A DNA stretch of 64,000 bases from Trueperaceae bacterium (GTDB lineage: Bacteria; Deinococcota; Deinococci; Deinococcales; Trueperaceae): positions 416,001-480,000 of the forward strand of contig JAXHNB010000006.1 in the NCBI GenBank assembly GCA_034520945.1, read 5' to 3'. The position numbers and the translations under genes were made by a program. Position 1 is the stretch's first letter. Every line of letters starts with the position of its first letter. The notes under the pieces were generated by a model. It searched no databases. It saw only the letters and a program-made list of their open reading frames with translations, and was not told where the DNA came from. Shown in pieces: positions 38,392 through 48,024 of the stretch.

Positions 38392-39221
38392 CGACGCGCC
38401 CGGCGACCCAGGCGTTCGCCGGCCAGGTCGTGATCGTGACGGGCGCATCCTCGGGCCTCGGTGCGGCCCTCGCTCGGGCGTTGGCGGCCGCCGGCGCGCA
38501 CGTCGCCCTGTTCGCCCGCTCCCAGGCCGAACTGGCGCGCGTGGCGGACGACTGCCGCCAGGCCGGCGGCGAGGCGCTGGTGGTGCCCGGCGACGTGACC
38601 TCACCGGACGCGTGCGCCGCGCTGGTGCAGCGCACCACCGAACGGTTCGGCCGCCTGGACGCGGCCGTGGCGTGCGCCGGCCTCGGCATGTGGGCCCGCT
38701 TCGACGAACTGGACGATCCCTCGGTTCTGCGACGGCTGATGGACGTGAACTACCACGGCGTCGCCAACCTGTTCCTGCCCGCCTTGCCGCACCTCACCGC
38801 GAGCGGCGGCATGCTGGTGGCGATCTCCTCGGTGCAGGGCGTCGTCGGCGTCCCCCATCACAGCGGCTACGCCGCGTCGAAGCACGCGGTGCAGGGCCTG
38901 TGCGACTCGCTCCGGATGGAGCTGCGCGGCAGCGGCGTCGGCGTCCTGACGGTGATGGCGCACTGGGTGCGCGGCACCGACCTGCGCGCCCGCGCCCTCG
39001 GTCCGGACGGCGCACCCCGAGGCAGCGCCGCCCCGCGTCACGGCGGCGGCGCCACCGATGTGGACACCATGACGCGCGCCGTGCTGAACGCCATCCACAG
39101 GCGCAAGCGGCGGGTGTTCGTGCCCGGGTGGCTGCGCTACCTGGCGTTGCTGTCGGAGGTCGCGCCCGGGTTGGCGGACCGGGCGATCGCGGGGCGGGTG
39201 GCGCGGGAGGGGAAGGAGTGA
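38388..39221 (+). CDS. Short-chain dehydrogenase/reductase (DHRS7B-like)
   Basis: TGASSGLG, SSVQG, YAASKHA...DSLRME; TTGA overlap with the AGPS stop. Confidence 0.88.
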   Translation: MTTRPATQAFAGQVVIVTGASSGLGAALARALAAAGAHVALFARSQAELARVADDCRQAGGEALVVPGDVTSPDACAALVQRTTERFGRLDAAVACAGLGMWARFDELDDPSVLRRLMDVNYHGVANLFLPALPHLTASGGMLVAISSVQGVVGVPHHSGYAASKHAVQGLCDSLRMELRGSGVGVLTVMAHWVRGTDLRARALGPDGAPRGSAAPRHGGGATDVDTMTRAVLNAIHRRKRRVFVPGWLRYLALLSEVAPGLADRAIAGRVAREGKE

Positions 39222-39225
39222 AGCC

Positions 39226-39623
39226 ATGACGCAGAACGTCATGACCTACAGGGGATACGCAGCCAGCGTCGCGTATGACGACGGCGATGGGGTGTTCACA
39301 GGGAAGGTGCTGGACATCAGTGACACGCTGTTGTTCTCCGGGGAATCCGTGGATGAGCTGCGCAGCAGTTTCCGTAGCCTCATCGACGACTACCTCGCGT
39401 ACTGCGAACGAACCGGCGCACCTGCGGACCGCCCGTTCTCGGGTCGCGTGCAGCTTCGCCTTTCACCTCAGCATTGCATCGCGACGCGGTCGTCGCTGCT
39501 GCCAGCAGGGATCAGAGCCTCAACGCCTTTCTCGTCGATGCCGTGAGCTCGTTCCTGACCTCGCTTGACGACGAAGCGCGCGAAGGCGGTACCGTCATAG
39601 ATTTCCAACGACTGGCGTCGTAG
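39226..39623 (+). CDS. hicB: HicB family antitoxin, frameshift near 39469
   Basis: MTYRGY...DDYL..C...RPFSG..LRLSP, continuing ALHRDAVVAAASRDQSLNAFL in another frame; no hicA. Confidence 0.8.
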
Positions 39624-39670
39624 TACGCGACCGCTGCACAGTGGGACGCAAACCGATGAGGCCGAGCGCT

Positions 39671-39895
39671 TCACCCCAAGCGTGCTCGTACGGCGCGAAA
39701 CACATCCCGCGCCGCGGTGCCTGAATCACCGCTTTGGTCCCATGCCGCATCCCGGCGCGCGGCCTCTTCGGCCCACAGAAGCGCGTTCTCTTCTTCGGAT
39801 AGTTCCTCGAGGCTGGCGAGAAGCTTCTGCGCCAAACGAGCCCGCTGACGCAAATCCAACTTCAGGATTTCCGCCTCCAACTCGTCGACGCCCAT
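39671..39895 (-). CDS. Putative addiction module antitoxin (TIGR02574-like), orphan
   Basis: L..RQRARLAQKLLASL...WAEEAARR. Confidence 0.75.
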   Translation of the reverse strand: MGVDELEAEILKLDLRQRARLAQKLLASLEELSEEENALLWAEEAARRDAAWDQSGDSGTAARDVFRAVRARLG

Positions 39896-40176
39896 GCTGG
39901 AACGGTACCGCGTATCGACGTGCTGGAGCGTGCCAGAGCCCGCAACGCTACGAGAAGGGGAAAGGGGAGGACGGCAGCACGGCCGAATCGAGCAGCAGCC
40001 GAGCTACGAGAAGCGGCAGCAAGAGTACGGCCGGATCCTGGGCTTCGCAAGGGGCAACGTCGTACAGGAGGTCGCGAACGCCGAAACGCAAGGCGCGGAG
40101 GGGATTGACAACGGTAAGAGAATCTTGACGCACCCCTGGGGAGGCGTGTTGTCACTTGGCAGGTTGTCTCAGGGCC

Positions 40177-40271
40177 ATGACAATCGTCCACCTAGGGCTA
40201 GAATACGAACAGATCCCCCCTGATTCTTCGGAATCAGGCCGCGGCGCCCCTTCATTGGGGCGCCTGCTTTT
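40177..40271 (+). promoter_or_regulatory. Promoter and two-hairpin leader/terminator upstream of the NYN gene
   Basis: ATGACA-N16-TAGAAT; CCTGATTC-TTCG-GAATCAGG; GGCGCCCC-N6-GGGGCGCC-TGCTTTT. Confidence 0.6.
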
Positions 40272-40290
40272 GTGGCACGATCGGTTGGTG

Positions 40291-40913
40291 ATGCGAACAC
40301 GCGTGTACGTGGACGGATTCAACCTCTACTACGGGGCACTTCGTGGAACGCCATACAAGTGGCTCGACTTGTCGACCTTGCACGGGCGCCTACTTCCCAA
40401 GAATCGGATCGACCCTATCTACTACTGCACGGCCCGTGTGACAGGCCGCGCTCATGATCCAGATCAGCCGGTGCGCCAGGACGTCTACCTGCGTGCACTG
40501 CAAACGATCCCAAACCTCACGGTCGTCGAGGGTACGTTTCTCTCGCAAGAGAAGAAGATGCCTCTCGTGTCGCCTTGGTCAGGAGGACAACGGTTCGCAA
40601 CGGTCATCAAGACGGAGGAGAAGGGTCTGACGTGAACCTCGCCAGTCTGATGCTCCGCGACGGGTTCTTGGGCCTCTATGACGTTGCCGTACTCGTGTCG
40701 AATGACTCTGACCTCGCATTGCCCCTCAAGATCGTGCGTAACGAGATCGGCAAGACCGTTGGCATTCTCAATCCCCACAAGCGCGCGAGTAAGGAATTGA
40801 ATCTGCACCGCGACTTCTACAAGCCGATCCGGAAGGGCGTCCTTGCCGCAAGTCAGTTCCCGCACGAATTCCGAGAAGGAAACGGCCTTATCGCGAAACC
40901 AACCGAGTGGTAG
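40291..40913 (+). CDS. NYN/LabA (PIN-like) RNase, frameshift in a G run near 40625
   Basis: VYVDGFNLYY, EEKG/SDVNLA, VSNDSDL. Confidence 0.85.
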
Positions 40914-41063
40914 AGGTAGTCATGTTGCGAGGACGGTGCCGCTTCTTCAGCCACCCAAGGCGCCCGAGCCCGGTCCACCTCGCCGGGGGAGGTCCAGTGG
41001 GAACACTTCGCCGACACGCTGCAACGGCACGCCCCGAACGCGCTCCTCGAGCACGCCCTCGAA

Positions 41064-41754
41064 ATGCCGAACGACGAAGCGACCGCCCGAGCGTTGCAAC
41101 GCGAGTACGACCTCGACGCGCTCGACGCGTGGATCGCGTCCCTACCCGACGATGCAGGCATCACCCCCGACCCGGACGCACCGCCGGACCTGACCCGCTG
41201 GCCGGCCAACCTGCCACCCCCACCGCCCGAACCGCCCGGCGTGTGGGAAGCCCTGCAACACCTCGAAGCGTCCGGCCGGGAACCTGACGCCGCGTTCGCC
41301 GCTGGCGCCCTGTTCCATCTCGCCATCGCGCGCACCGTTCGGGAGGTCCAAGCGTGAAGCACCTACACCCCCGCCTCGCCCGCCTCGAGGCCGCCAGTCG
41401 CCAGCCGTCCCGCGCCAGGACCAACGCCCGCGACCAGCTTCTCGACCGCGTTACGGACCTGGTCGAAGCGGGCGACACCGCCACGCTCGACCGGCTCGCC
41501 CACCGTGCGCGCGAACTGCGGGCCGCGAGGAACGCGTGAGCCGCGCCCTCGCACGCATCGCTGCCCTCGAGCGGCAAGCCTGCCGCGAAACGGGCGTGAC
41601 CGTGTGGAACCAGGACCCGACGGGCGCGGACACCTTCACCAGCTCGAAGCATCCGGGCGAAGCGCTCGTCCGCGCGCAGCTCGCTGACCGGCCGGGACCG
41701 ACCGACGCCCTCCGCATCGTCGTCGAATACGTGACCGCTACGCCTCGAGACTGA
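41064..41754 (+). other. Three short overlapping phage/satellite-like ORFs (41064-41357, 41354-41539, 41536-41754)
   Basis: GTGA overlaps; RLARLE / RIAALE N-termini; first ORF open further upstream. Confidence 0.5.
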
Positions 41755-41883
41755 CGGCCTGCGGCCGGCTTGCCTTCGCAAAGAACAGGCCCGGCCCGGG
41801 ATGGGGAGCGGGCAGTCGGGGGTGACGCGCTGGAGGCATTCACAGCGGCGCACAGCGGTGGACCCTATGTGTTGGACAGTTAG

Positions 41884-42195
41884 CCCTTGGTCCTCTACTT
41901 CGTCATCATGTTCACCGTCAGCTTCTTCATGGGCAAAGCGTTCGGTGCGGACTACCCACGCTCCGCGACGCTCGCGTTCACGGCGTCTGGTAACAACTTC
42001 GAGCTTGCGCTCGCGGTCGCGATCTCGGTCTTCGGTCTCAGCTCAGGCGTCGCCTTTGCAGCCGTCATCGGGCCGCTGGTCGAGGTGCCCGTGCTGATCT
42101 CGCTCGTGTGGGTGGCGCTCTACTTCCGCAAGCGCTTCTTCGCTGAGGCACATGCTTCGGCCGCCGCCGTCGAGGGTAGCCGGGAACGTCAGTGA
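41884..42195 (+). pseudogene. acr3: Acr3 arsenite exporter, C-terminal fragment
   Basis: [15 protein letters not shown]...[10 protein letters not shown]. Confidence 0.85.
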
Positions 42196-42343
42196 TCGAC
42201 GGGAGAGCGAACCCAAGCGAAGGGACCCACCCATCCTCCGCGACCGCGATCTCGCCGCAACGCTCGAGCGCGCCCAGCTCGACAGTGCATACGTCGGAGC
42301 GCTCGCGTCCTCGATCTTCACGAGGCCGATCGGGCTCCGGTGT

Positions 42344-42670
42344 TCAAGACTCCGGATCCGAGAGCCACGCAAGAGCGTCGGCGGCCGTGTCCTGCACAGT
42401 CGCCATCTTCATGAGCCGGGCTACCAGGATTGCTTCGATGATCTCCGCGTCGCTGACGCCGGCCTTCCGAGCCTGCTTCGTCCACATGAGCGTGCAGGTC
42501 GACGACTGCAGGGCGGCGGCGACGCCGATGCCGATGAGCAGCTTCTGCGTCAGCGGCAACGCCTGCAACGCCGGGTTCTCGAGGGTGGCGGCGCGGTGGT
42601 CCATGTAGGTACGTGCGCCTTCGGGGGATGCGGTGCGAAGGATGTCCATTGGGGCGGCGGATGAGTTCAT
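42344..42670 (-). CDS. Carboxymuconolactone decarboxylase/AhpD-like protein
   Basis: KLLIGIGVAAALQS.TC...ARKAGVSDAEIIEA; GAGGAG RBS. Confidence 0.75.
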   Translation of the reverse strand: MNSSAAPMDILRTASPEGARTYMDHRAATLENPALQALPLTQKLLIGIGVAAALQSSTCTLMWTKQARKAGVSDAEIIEAILVARLMKMATVQDTAADALAWLSDPES

Positions 42671-42912
42671 TGTGTCTCCTCTTCGAAATGGGGTGGAGAG
42701 GTGCGCGGAGAACGCCGTCACGAAGGGAGTGAGCAACGACTCGCAACACCGCGGCACACCTTGCGACGTGATCGTCGGCACGGCTTAATCGCGGCGCACC
42801 TAAGGGCACCACCGCCCACGATGTCGTGAAACTGGCAGGTCACCAAGGGCCATTCGTCCGTGGCCCGCCGCGGCTCCGACGAAGACCGTGCGACCTGCCC
42901 GACCCGTGAAGC

Positions 42913-43010
42913 TTCGACCTGGTGCTGACCGTGTGCGACGCGGCCGCCGAGGCCTGCCCCGCCTACCCTGCGCGCACCACGCGCCTGCACGTGCCGTTCG
43001 ATCGCTGGAC
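42913..43010 (+). pseudogene. arsC: LMWP-type arsenate reductase fragment
   Basis: FDLVLTVCDAAAEACPAYP...LHVPFD. Confidence 0.7.
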
Positions 43011-43078
43011 GATCGATCGCCGGCGCGTCGCGCGACTCAGTCGAACGCCGCCGCCGCCGGCACGCGCGCCGGCGTGTT

Positions 43079-43826
43079 TCACGGCATCCCCTCCTCGAAC
43101 AGGGCACGCTCGTCCTCGGGCAGGCGAGCACGCGCAAGGTCCCGAATCCCGTTCACGCCGATGAAGAACTCGCGCATCATCACGACCAGCAGGTACCGGC
43201 CGCTCTCGGTCAGCTCGAGCGCCTCGGCGTCGTCTCTAGAGAACGCACACGAGCCTTTCAGGAACAGGTACTCCGCCCACAGCGCACGCTCCACCGGCGC
43301 ACCGGTGCGCTCCGCGAAGGCGCGCTTGTCCAACCGCAAACCGAACAGGTCCATCATCAGCCGGTACCGCCAACGATCTGCTCGACTGAGCGGCATGTGA
43401 GCATCGACGCTGAGCCGTCCCTCGCCGATCGCTTCGGAATACGCTCGCAGGCTGAACGGATTGGCGTAGAGCTCGTCGCGTAGATAACTGAACGAACCGC
43501 TACCGATCCCCACGTACTGGTCGTGGTCGACAATGTACTCGTCGATCATCGTCGCGGCCTTACGTGAGAACGCCCACGCCGAGGTGGGCTCGAAGGTGTC
43601 GGACAACGCCCGGGAGAGCTCGCGGTATTGCCGCTCCTCGCGCGCGTAGTCGACCTTCCCGAGGGCACGCTCGAGCGGCTTCTCGACCGAGGGCGACACC
43701 ATCAGCGGGTAGTAGGTCACCTGATCCGCGCCGGTCGCTTTCAAGGTCTCGATGTCGCGCTTTAGCACAGCGTCCGTCAGGGACGGAAGGTTGAAGATCA
43801 TGTCGACGTTGAGCGTCGTGAGGCGG
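43079..43826 (-). pseudogene. C-terminal half of a HemN-like radical SAM protein (MenK/MqnK-like)
   Basis: NVDMIFNLP, QVTYYPLM, IDEYIVD..YVGIGSGSFSY; no CxxxCxxC region. Confidence 0.75.
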
Positions 43827-43919
43827 CCGGCAGCGCGACCTTCGCCTTGAACGCGGGAGCATGATTCCGACGGTTCTTCTTCACTTCAATCCCCATTCCG
43901 GAAGCCGAACGCTTCCTAC

Positions 43920-44423
43920 CTAAGGGAACTGTCCAAGATCCGGGGTCCAGCTCTCCCCCGCACGCACCCAGGCCCGCAACCTGATCTTTGATGAGTCTGA
44001 CGCATTGAGCACATCTCGTGCCATGTAGTGGAGTTCGTGCGCGAGGCCGCCACTCTGTTTCGGAGGGATTGTCTTAGGTGGCGCGAGCCCGGCGCTGCGC
44101 GCCAACTGGGAAGCGATGAGGGTGAAGTGGGGTCGCGTGCGTCGGGGCCATAGCCGCCAGAGAGGGCCACGTGCCTCAATGGCAATTCCGAAACTAAGGA
44201 CCTGGGCGCCATGCTGACTTCTGTTCATCACCTCTGCCATGAGCACGTCAGCTTTGAGGGGCGGTGTCAGCATCCCGAGTTGCGTGATGATCTTGAGTCG
44301 TGTGGACTCTCCAATTCGCCACTGGATGACGTTCCACACTAGAGACAGGACGGCTAAAATTGCGCCGATCAGGCCGACGGGTTCGCGTTCCCAGGCGCCG
44401 CTTAGCGCTTCCAAGAGATTCAC
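43920..44423 (-). CDS. Hypothetical protein with N-terminal TM helix; 3' end runs into the IS3 IR
   Basis: ORF with lower GC and a hydrophobic N-terminus. Confidence 0.5.
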   Translation of the reverse strand: MNLLEALSGAWEREPVGLIGAILAVLSLVWNVIQWRIGESTRLKIITQLGMLTPPLKADVLMAEVMNRSQHGAQVLSFGIAIEARGPLWRLWPRRTRPHFTLIASQLARSAGLAPPKTIPPKQSGGLAHELHYMARDVLNASDSSKIRLRAWVRAGESWTPDLGQFP

Positions 44424-44488
44424 TGTACTGAGTGTAAGTGTGCCGGCCGAGTTGTTGTCAAACTGCTGTCAGCGACGCTTCACAAAGC

Positions 44489-44513
44489 CGCCCCCGCGAC
44501 TTGAGCGGGGGCG
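44489..44513 (-). terminator. Terminator after tRNA-Ser
   Basis: CGCCCCCG/CGGGGGCG stem with adjacent T-rich tract on the minus strand. Confidence 0.65.
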
Positions 44514-44526
44514 ATTCTTACGTCTC

Positions 44527-44616
44527 TGGCGGAGGGAGAGGGATTCGAACCCTCGATACGGAAAACCGTATACACGCTTTCCAGGCGTGCTCCTTCAACC
44601 ACTCGGACACCCCTCC
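44527..44616 (-). tRNA. tRNA-Ser(GGA)
   Basis: GGAGGGGTGTCCGAGTGG...CTGGAAA, long variable arm, GGTTCGAATCC...GCCA, 90 nt. Confidence 0.97.
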
Positions 44617-44742
44617 AGGGCCGCCGCGTGCGCACGAGAGTCTAGCAAGCCCGGGAGAGGCGGTCAACGCGGCGCGGCGCCGTGGTTTCACGGCGACATC
44701 CGACGGCGGCGGCCGCACGTACCATGCGTACGTGGAGGCGTC

Positions 44743-45399
44743 ATGTTGAGAGAGAGAATCGTGAACCTGTCGAGTCCGGACGAGGTGGATGCGTTCCTGG
44801 ACCAGAACCCGTCCAGCGTCGTGTTCAAGGCTGGAACGTGCCACAAGACCATGCAGGGGTTCGGCTTCCTGCAGGAGAAGGTCGAACCGCGCGAGGACCT
44901 GAAGGTCGGCGTGATCCGCGTCGTCGAGGCGCGCGCGGCCAGCAACCAGGTCGCCCAGCGTACCGGCATTCGCCACGAGAGCCCGCAGGTGATCGTGTTC
45001 AAGGACGGCCAGCCGGTCTTCGACCTCGACAATTGGGACATCACGCCCGAAGCCCTCGAGGGCGGCTTCCGCGAGCTGCCCGAGACCGGCGCGTCGGCGG
45101 CGGGGCCCTCGGCGTCGGGCAGCGACGAATTGGCGCCGTACCTGCAGGTGCTGGAGCAGTACCTGAACGGCGACATCGACGATCGCGAGTTCGAGTTCAA
45201 CTACACCACCATGTTCCGCGACGACGCCAGCCTGCGCGGCAACCGCGAGGTCGAGATCCTGAACTCCATCTTCGGGGACGTCGACCAGCACGTGAACATG
45301 CACATGATGATGGCGGGGCGGGGCCAGGATCCGAATCTTCGTGAGCGGGCGGATTCCGCGTATCGCGCGCTCAAGGAGCTTACCGCCCGTCCTGCCTGA
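44743..45399 (+). CDS. BrxC/YtxJ monothiol bacilliredoxin with extra C-terminal helical domain
   Basis: [20 protein letters not shown]. Confidence 0.8.
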   Translation: MLRERIVNLSSPDEVDAFLDQNPSSVVFKAGTCHKTMQGFGFLQEKVEPREDLKVGVIRVVEARAASNQVAQRTGIRHESPQVIVFKDGQPVFDLDNWDITPEALEGGFRELPETGASAAGPSASGSDELAPYLQVLEQYLNGDIDDREFEFNYTTMFRDDASLRGNREVEILNSIFGDVDQHVNMHMMMAGRGQDPNLRERADSAYRALKELTARPA

Positions 45400-45599
45400 C
45401 GGCGGGACCGGATCGGGGGAGCGAGCCACCGTACGGAGAAGTCCCCTGCGAAGACGAAGCCGACCGCGGGCGTTCCCAAAGGAACGCCCGCGGTGTCGTG
45501 AGGGGCCCGTCGGCGCGAGGTTCCGACGCTTCGAACCGGTCGTTCGGTCCGCCCAGCGACCGTGAGCGCGGGGGGATGACCCGGGATGCGTGCAACGCC

Positions 45600-45690
45600 T
45601 TGACGAATCACGCATACCGGGCTATGTTGAGAGATAAGAAACGAACTCATGGCAGGGCCGCCCACCGGTAGGTGGGCGCGTTTCATGTTC
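45600..45690 (+). ncRNA. Candidate small RNA gene, copy 1
   Basis: TTGACG-N17-TATGTT, AAGAAACG, hairpin CGCCCACC-GGTA-GGTGGGCG, TTTCATG. Confidence 0.45.
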
Positions 45691-45852
45691 GGTGATGCGC
45701 GGGTGCCTCGGCGTGCGCTCCGTCCAACGTGCCCACCATCCTCGGCACGCCGCACGGGCCTTACGCACCAGGTGGTCGCGCTGCGCTTCGCGGATGTGAT
45801 CATTGGCGTCTTCCCGGGCCAGTCGGAGCAACAGATCGGGGTGGGACTGCAT
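45622..45852 (-). CDS. Small hypothetical protein
   Basis: AAGGAGG RBS; MQSHPDLLLRLAREDANDHIREA. Confidence 0.55.
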   Translation of the reverse strand: MQSHPDLLLRLAREDANDHIREAQRDHLVRKARAACRGWWARWTERTPRHPRITEHETRPPTGGRPCHEFVSYLST

Positions 45853-45987
45853 GGGGAACCTCCTTCGGTTCCCGAGCATGCGTCCAGCAGGCGCCTGCCG
45901 CCATCGGGCGTCGGCCCGAGCCGGGACTGCGACCAAGGTCGCAGGGCGCCGGGCGATCTACACGCAATGCCGCCCCGCGGCGACGCG

Positions 45988-46430
45988 TCAGATGCCCGCT
46001 CCCGCGCCCAGCGCGCCGCTTGCGTGCGGCGGTCGACCCTCAACTTGGCGTACACGTTGCCGGCGTGCGTCTTGACGGTCTTCTCGCGAATGCCCAGCCG
46101 CGTCGTGATCTCGCGGTTGGTGAGCCCCTCGGCGATGGCGCGGAGCACCTCCCGCTCGCGCGCGGTGAGGTCGCTCAGCGGATCGGGGGCGGCGGGGCTG
46201 CTCAACGCCCGCACGGCGCCCGGCGCCAGGGGGAGCTCGCCCCGCATGGCGCCCCGGATGGCGTCGGAGAGGGCCTCGGGGCCCTGCTGCTTGTCCAACC
46301 AGCCGTGCGAGCCGGCCGCCATCGCCTCCCGCACGGCGTCCTCCTCCAGGAAGCTGGACAACACCAGGATGCGCGCCTCAGGTACGTCGCGGCGGAGCTC
46401 CGGGATCAGCGCCAAGCCTCGTCCGTCCGG
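45988..46430 (-). pseudogene. NarL/LuxR response regulator lacking the N-terminal receiver half
   Basis: LTAREREVL..IAEGLTN.EI...TVKTH; begins at PDGRGL, so no phospho-Asp. Confidence 0.75.
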
Positions 46431-46447
46431 TCCACGCCCACCTCCGC

Positions 46448-46834
46448 TCAGCGATCGAAGTCCTCGCGCTGCCGGCGTCCCGCGTCCAGGAACCGTTCGA
46501 ACGGGTCCTCGCCCCGCTGGGCGCGCTCCTCGCCCGCGTCGCGTACCTGCACCGAGCCTGCACGCTCGCGGGTCGCACGTTCGGCCCGGCTTTCCTCGCG
46601 CGGCGCCAGCCGGTCCGGGGCGGCCGGCGGGAGGTCCTGCCTCTCGTGGGAGGCGTGGGCGCCGCGCACCACGTCGTTGCTGACGTCAGGCCGTGTGCGT
46701 GTGGGTCGCTCGGGGGGACGGGATTGGTCGATGCGGCGCGCCCGCTCGCGGGCGGTGAGCGTCAACCACGTCAGCATCAGCAGGCCGATCAACAGCCCGA
46801 ACGCCAGCGCGATCAACGTCACCAAGGAGGACAT
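46448..46834 (-). CDS. Hypothetical membrane-anchored protein
   Basis: N-terminal TM helix, charged tail. Confidence 0.6.
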   Translation of the reverse strand: MSSLVTLIALAFGLLIGLLMLTWLTLTARERARRIDQSRPPERPTRTRPDVSNDVVRGAHASHERQDLPPAAPDRLAPREESRAERATRERAGSVQVRDAGEERAQRGEDPFERFLDAGRRQREDFDR

Positions 46835-46843
46835 CGCTTCATG

Positions 46844-47851
46844 CTACCCCAGGGGCCGGGCCTCCCCAAGTGAGCTCAGCACGGCCTCGTCGACGTTCCC
46901 ACCGCTGATCATCAGCACGGTCCGGCCGGGTGCCAATCGCACCTCGTCGCTGGCGCCCGACGTCAGGCGGTGCCACCCCGCCAACGTCAGCGCCCCGGTC
47001 GGCTCCACCACCAGCCGGGCGTGCCGCGCCCACCACCCCAGGGCCGGCCGCAGGGCCTCCTCGGGCACGGTCACGATCCCCTCCAGGCGCTGCGACAGCA
47101 GCCGGAACGGCAGGTCGCCCAGTCGTTGCGTCTGCACGCCGTCCGCCCAGGTGCGGGTGGTCTTCTCGGCGGGCCACGCGATCGGCTCGCCGCGGCGCAG
47201 CGACTCCTGCGCGTCGGCCGCCAACGCCGGCTCCACCCCGATCACCCGCGCGCGGGGCGCCAGCGTCTCCAACGCCAGCACCGTGCCGGCGGACAGCCCG
47301 CCCCCACCGACGGGCACCAGCACGTTGGCGATGTCGTCCAGGTCCTGCGCGATCTCCAGCGCGGCGGTGGCCTGCCCCGCCACGATCCACGGGTGGTCGA
47401 AGGGCGGCACCAGCGTCGCCCCCTCCCGCTGCACCACCTCGTCGGCGCCTCGTGCGCGATCACTGGCGGTATTGGCGCAGCGCAGCACCGTCGCGCCCCA
47501 CCCCTGGGTGCGGGCGACCTTCACCTCCGGCGCGCCCTCGGGGATGACCACGGTCGCGGGCACGCCGAAGGCGTGGGCGGCGCACGCCACCGCCTGGCCG
47601 TGGTTGCCGCTGGAGTGCGTCACCACCCCCCGCGCCCGCTGCGCCGGGTCCATCGCGGCCAGGAAGTTGGTCGCGCCCCGCAGCTTGAACGAGCCGGTGC
47701 GCTGCAGGTTCTCGGGCTTGGCCCACAGGTCGGGGCCCAGCGCGCCGGGGCCGACGTCGTCCAGCGGGAGGAGGGGCGTGCGGCGCGCGCGGCCGGCGAT
47801 GCGTTCGGCCGCGGCCCGTACGTCCGCGAAGGTGGGATCCGGGGGCGTCAT
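46844..47851 (-). CDS. Threonine/serine dehydratase (fold II PLP)
   Basis: KPENLQRTGSFKLRG, SSGNHG, VGGGGL, ISGGN. Confidence 0.92.
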   Translation of the reverse strand: MTPPDPTFADVRAAAERIAGRARRTPLLPLDDVGPGALGPDLWAKPENLQRTGSFKLRGATNFLAAMDPAQRARGVVTHSSGNHGQAVACAAHAFGVPATVVIPEGAPEVKVARTQGWGATVLRCANTASDRARGADEVVQREGATLVPPFDHPWIVAGQATAALEIAQDLDDIANVLVPVGGGGLSAGTVLALETLAPRARVIGVEPALAADAQESLRRGEPIAWPAEKTTRTWADGVQTQRLGDLPFRLLSQRLEGIVTVPEEALRPALGWWARHARLVVEPTGALTLAGWHRLTSGASDEVRLAPGRTVLMISGGNVDEAVLSSLGEARPLG

Positions 47852-48024
47852 GCCGCGCATGATGCCACGCGTTCGTGCCGGCGGGCGCCGAGGGCCCGAG
47901 TGACACGGACCTGCAGCGGCGGAACGTGGCTCGCCCCTCGCGTCCGTGGAGCGACCGAGATGGGCCGCGAGTGGGGCAGGGGGGCCCGGTTCACGCAGGA
48001 ACCAGGCCACCTGGCTGCAAGGCC

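Larger units (their letters stand above)
41854..43954 (-). mobile_element. IS3-family ends enclosing gene fragments
   Basis: Imperfect 28-bp IRs sharing TGGACCC...TTGGACAGTT; OrfA stub MKKNRRNHAPAFKAKVAL from 43884. Confidence 0.7.

Noticed and set aside
39195..39225. Possible att repeat of the tRNA-Ser 3' end at the island boundary
   Set aside because: Only loose purine-rich similarity; no exact match
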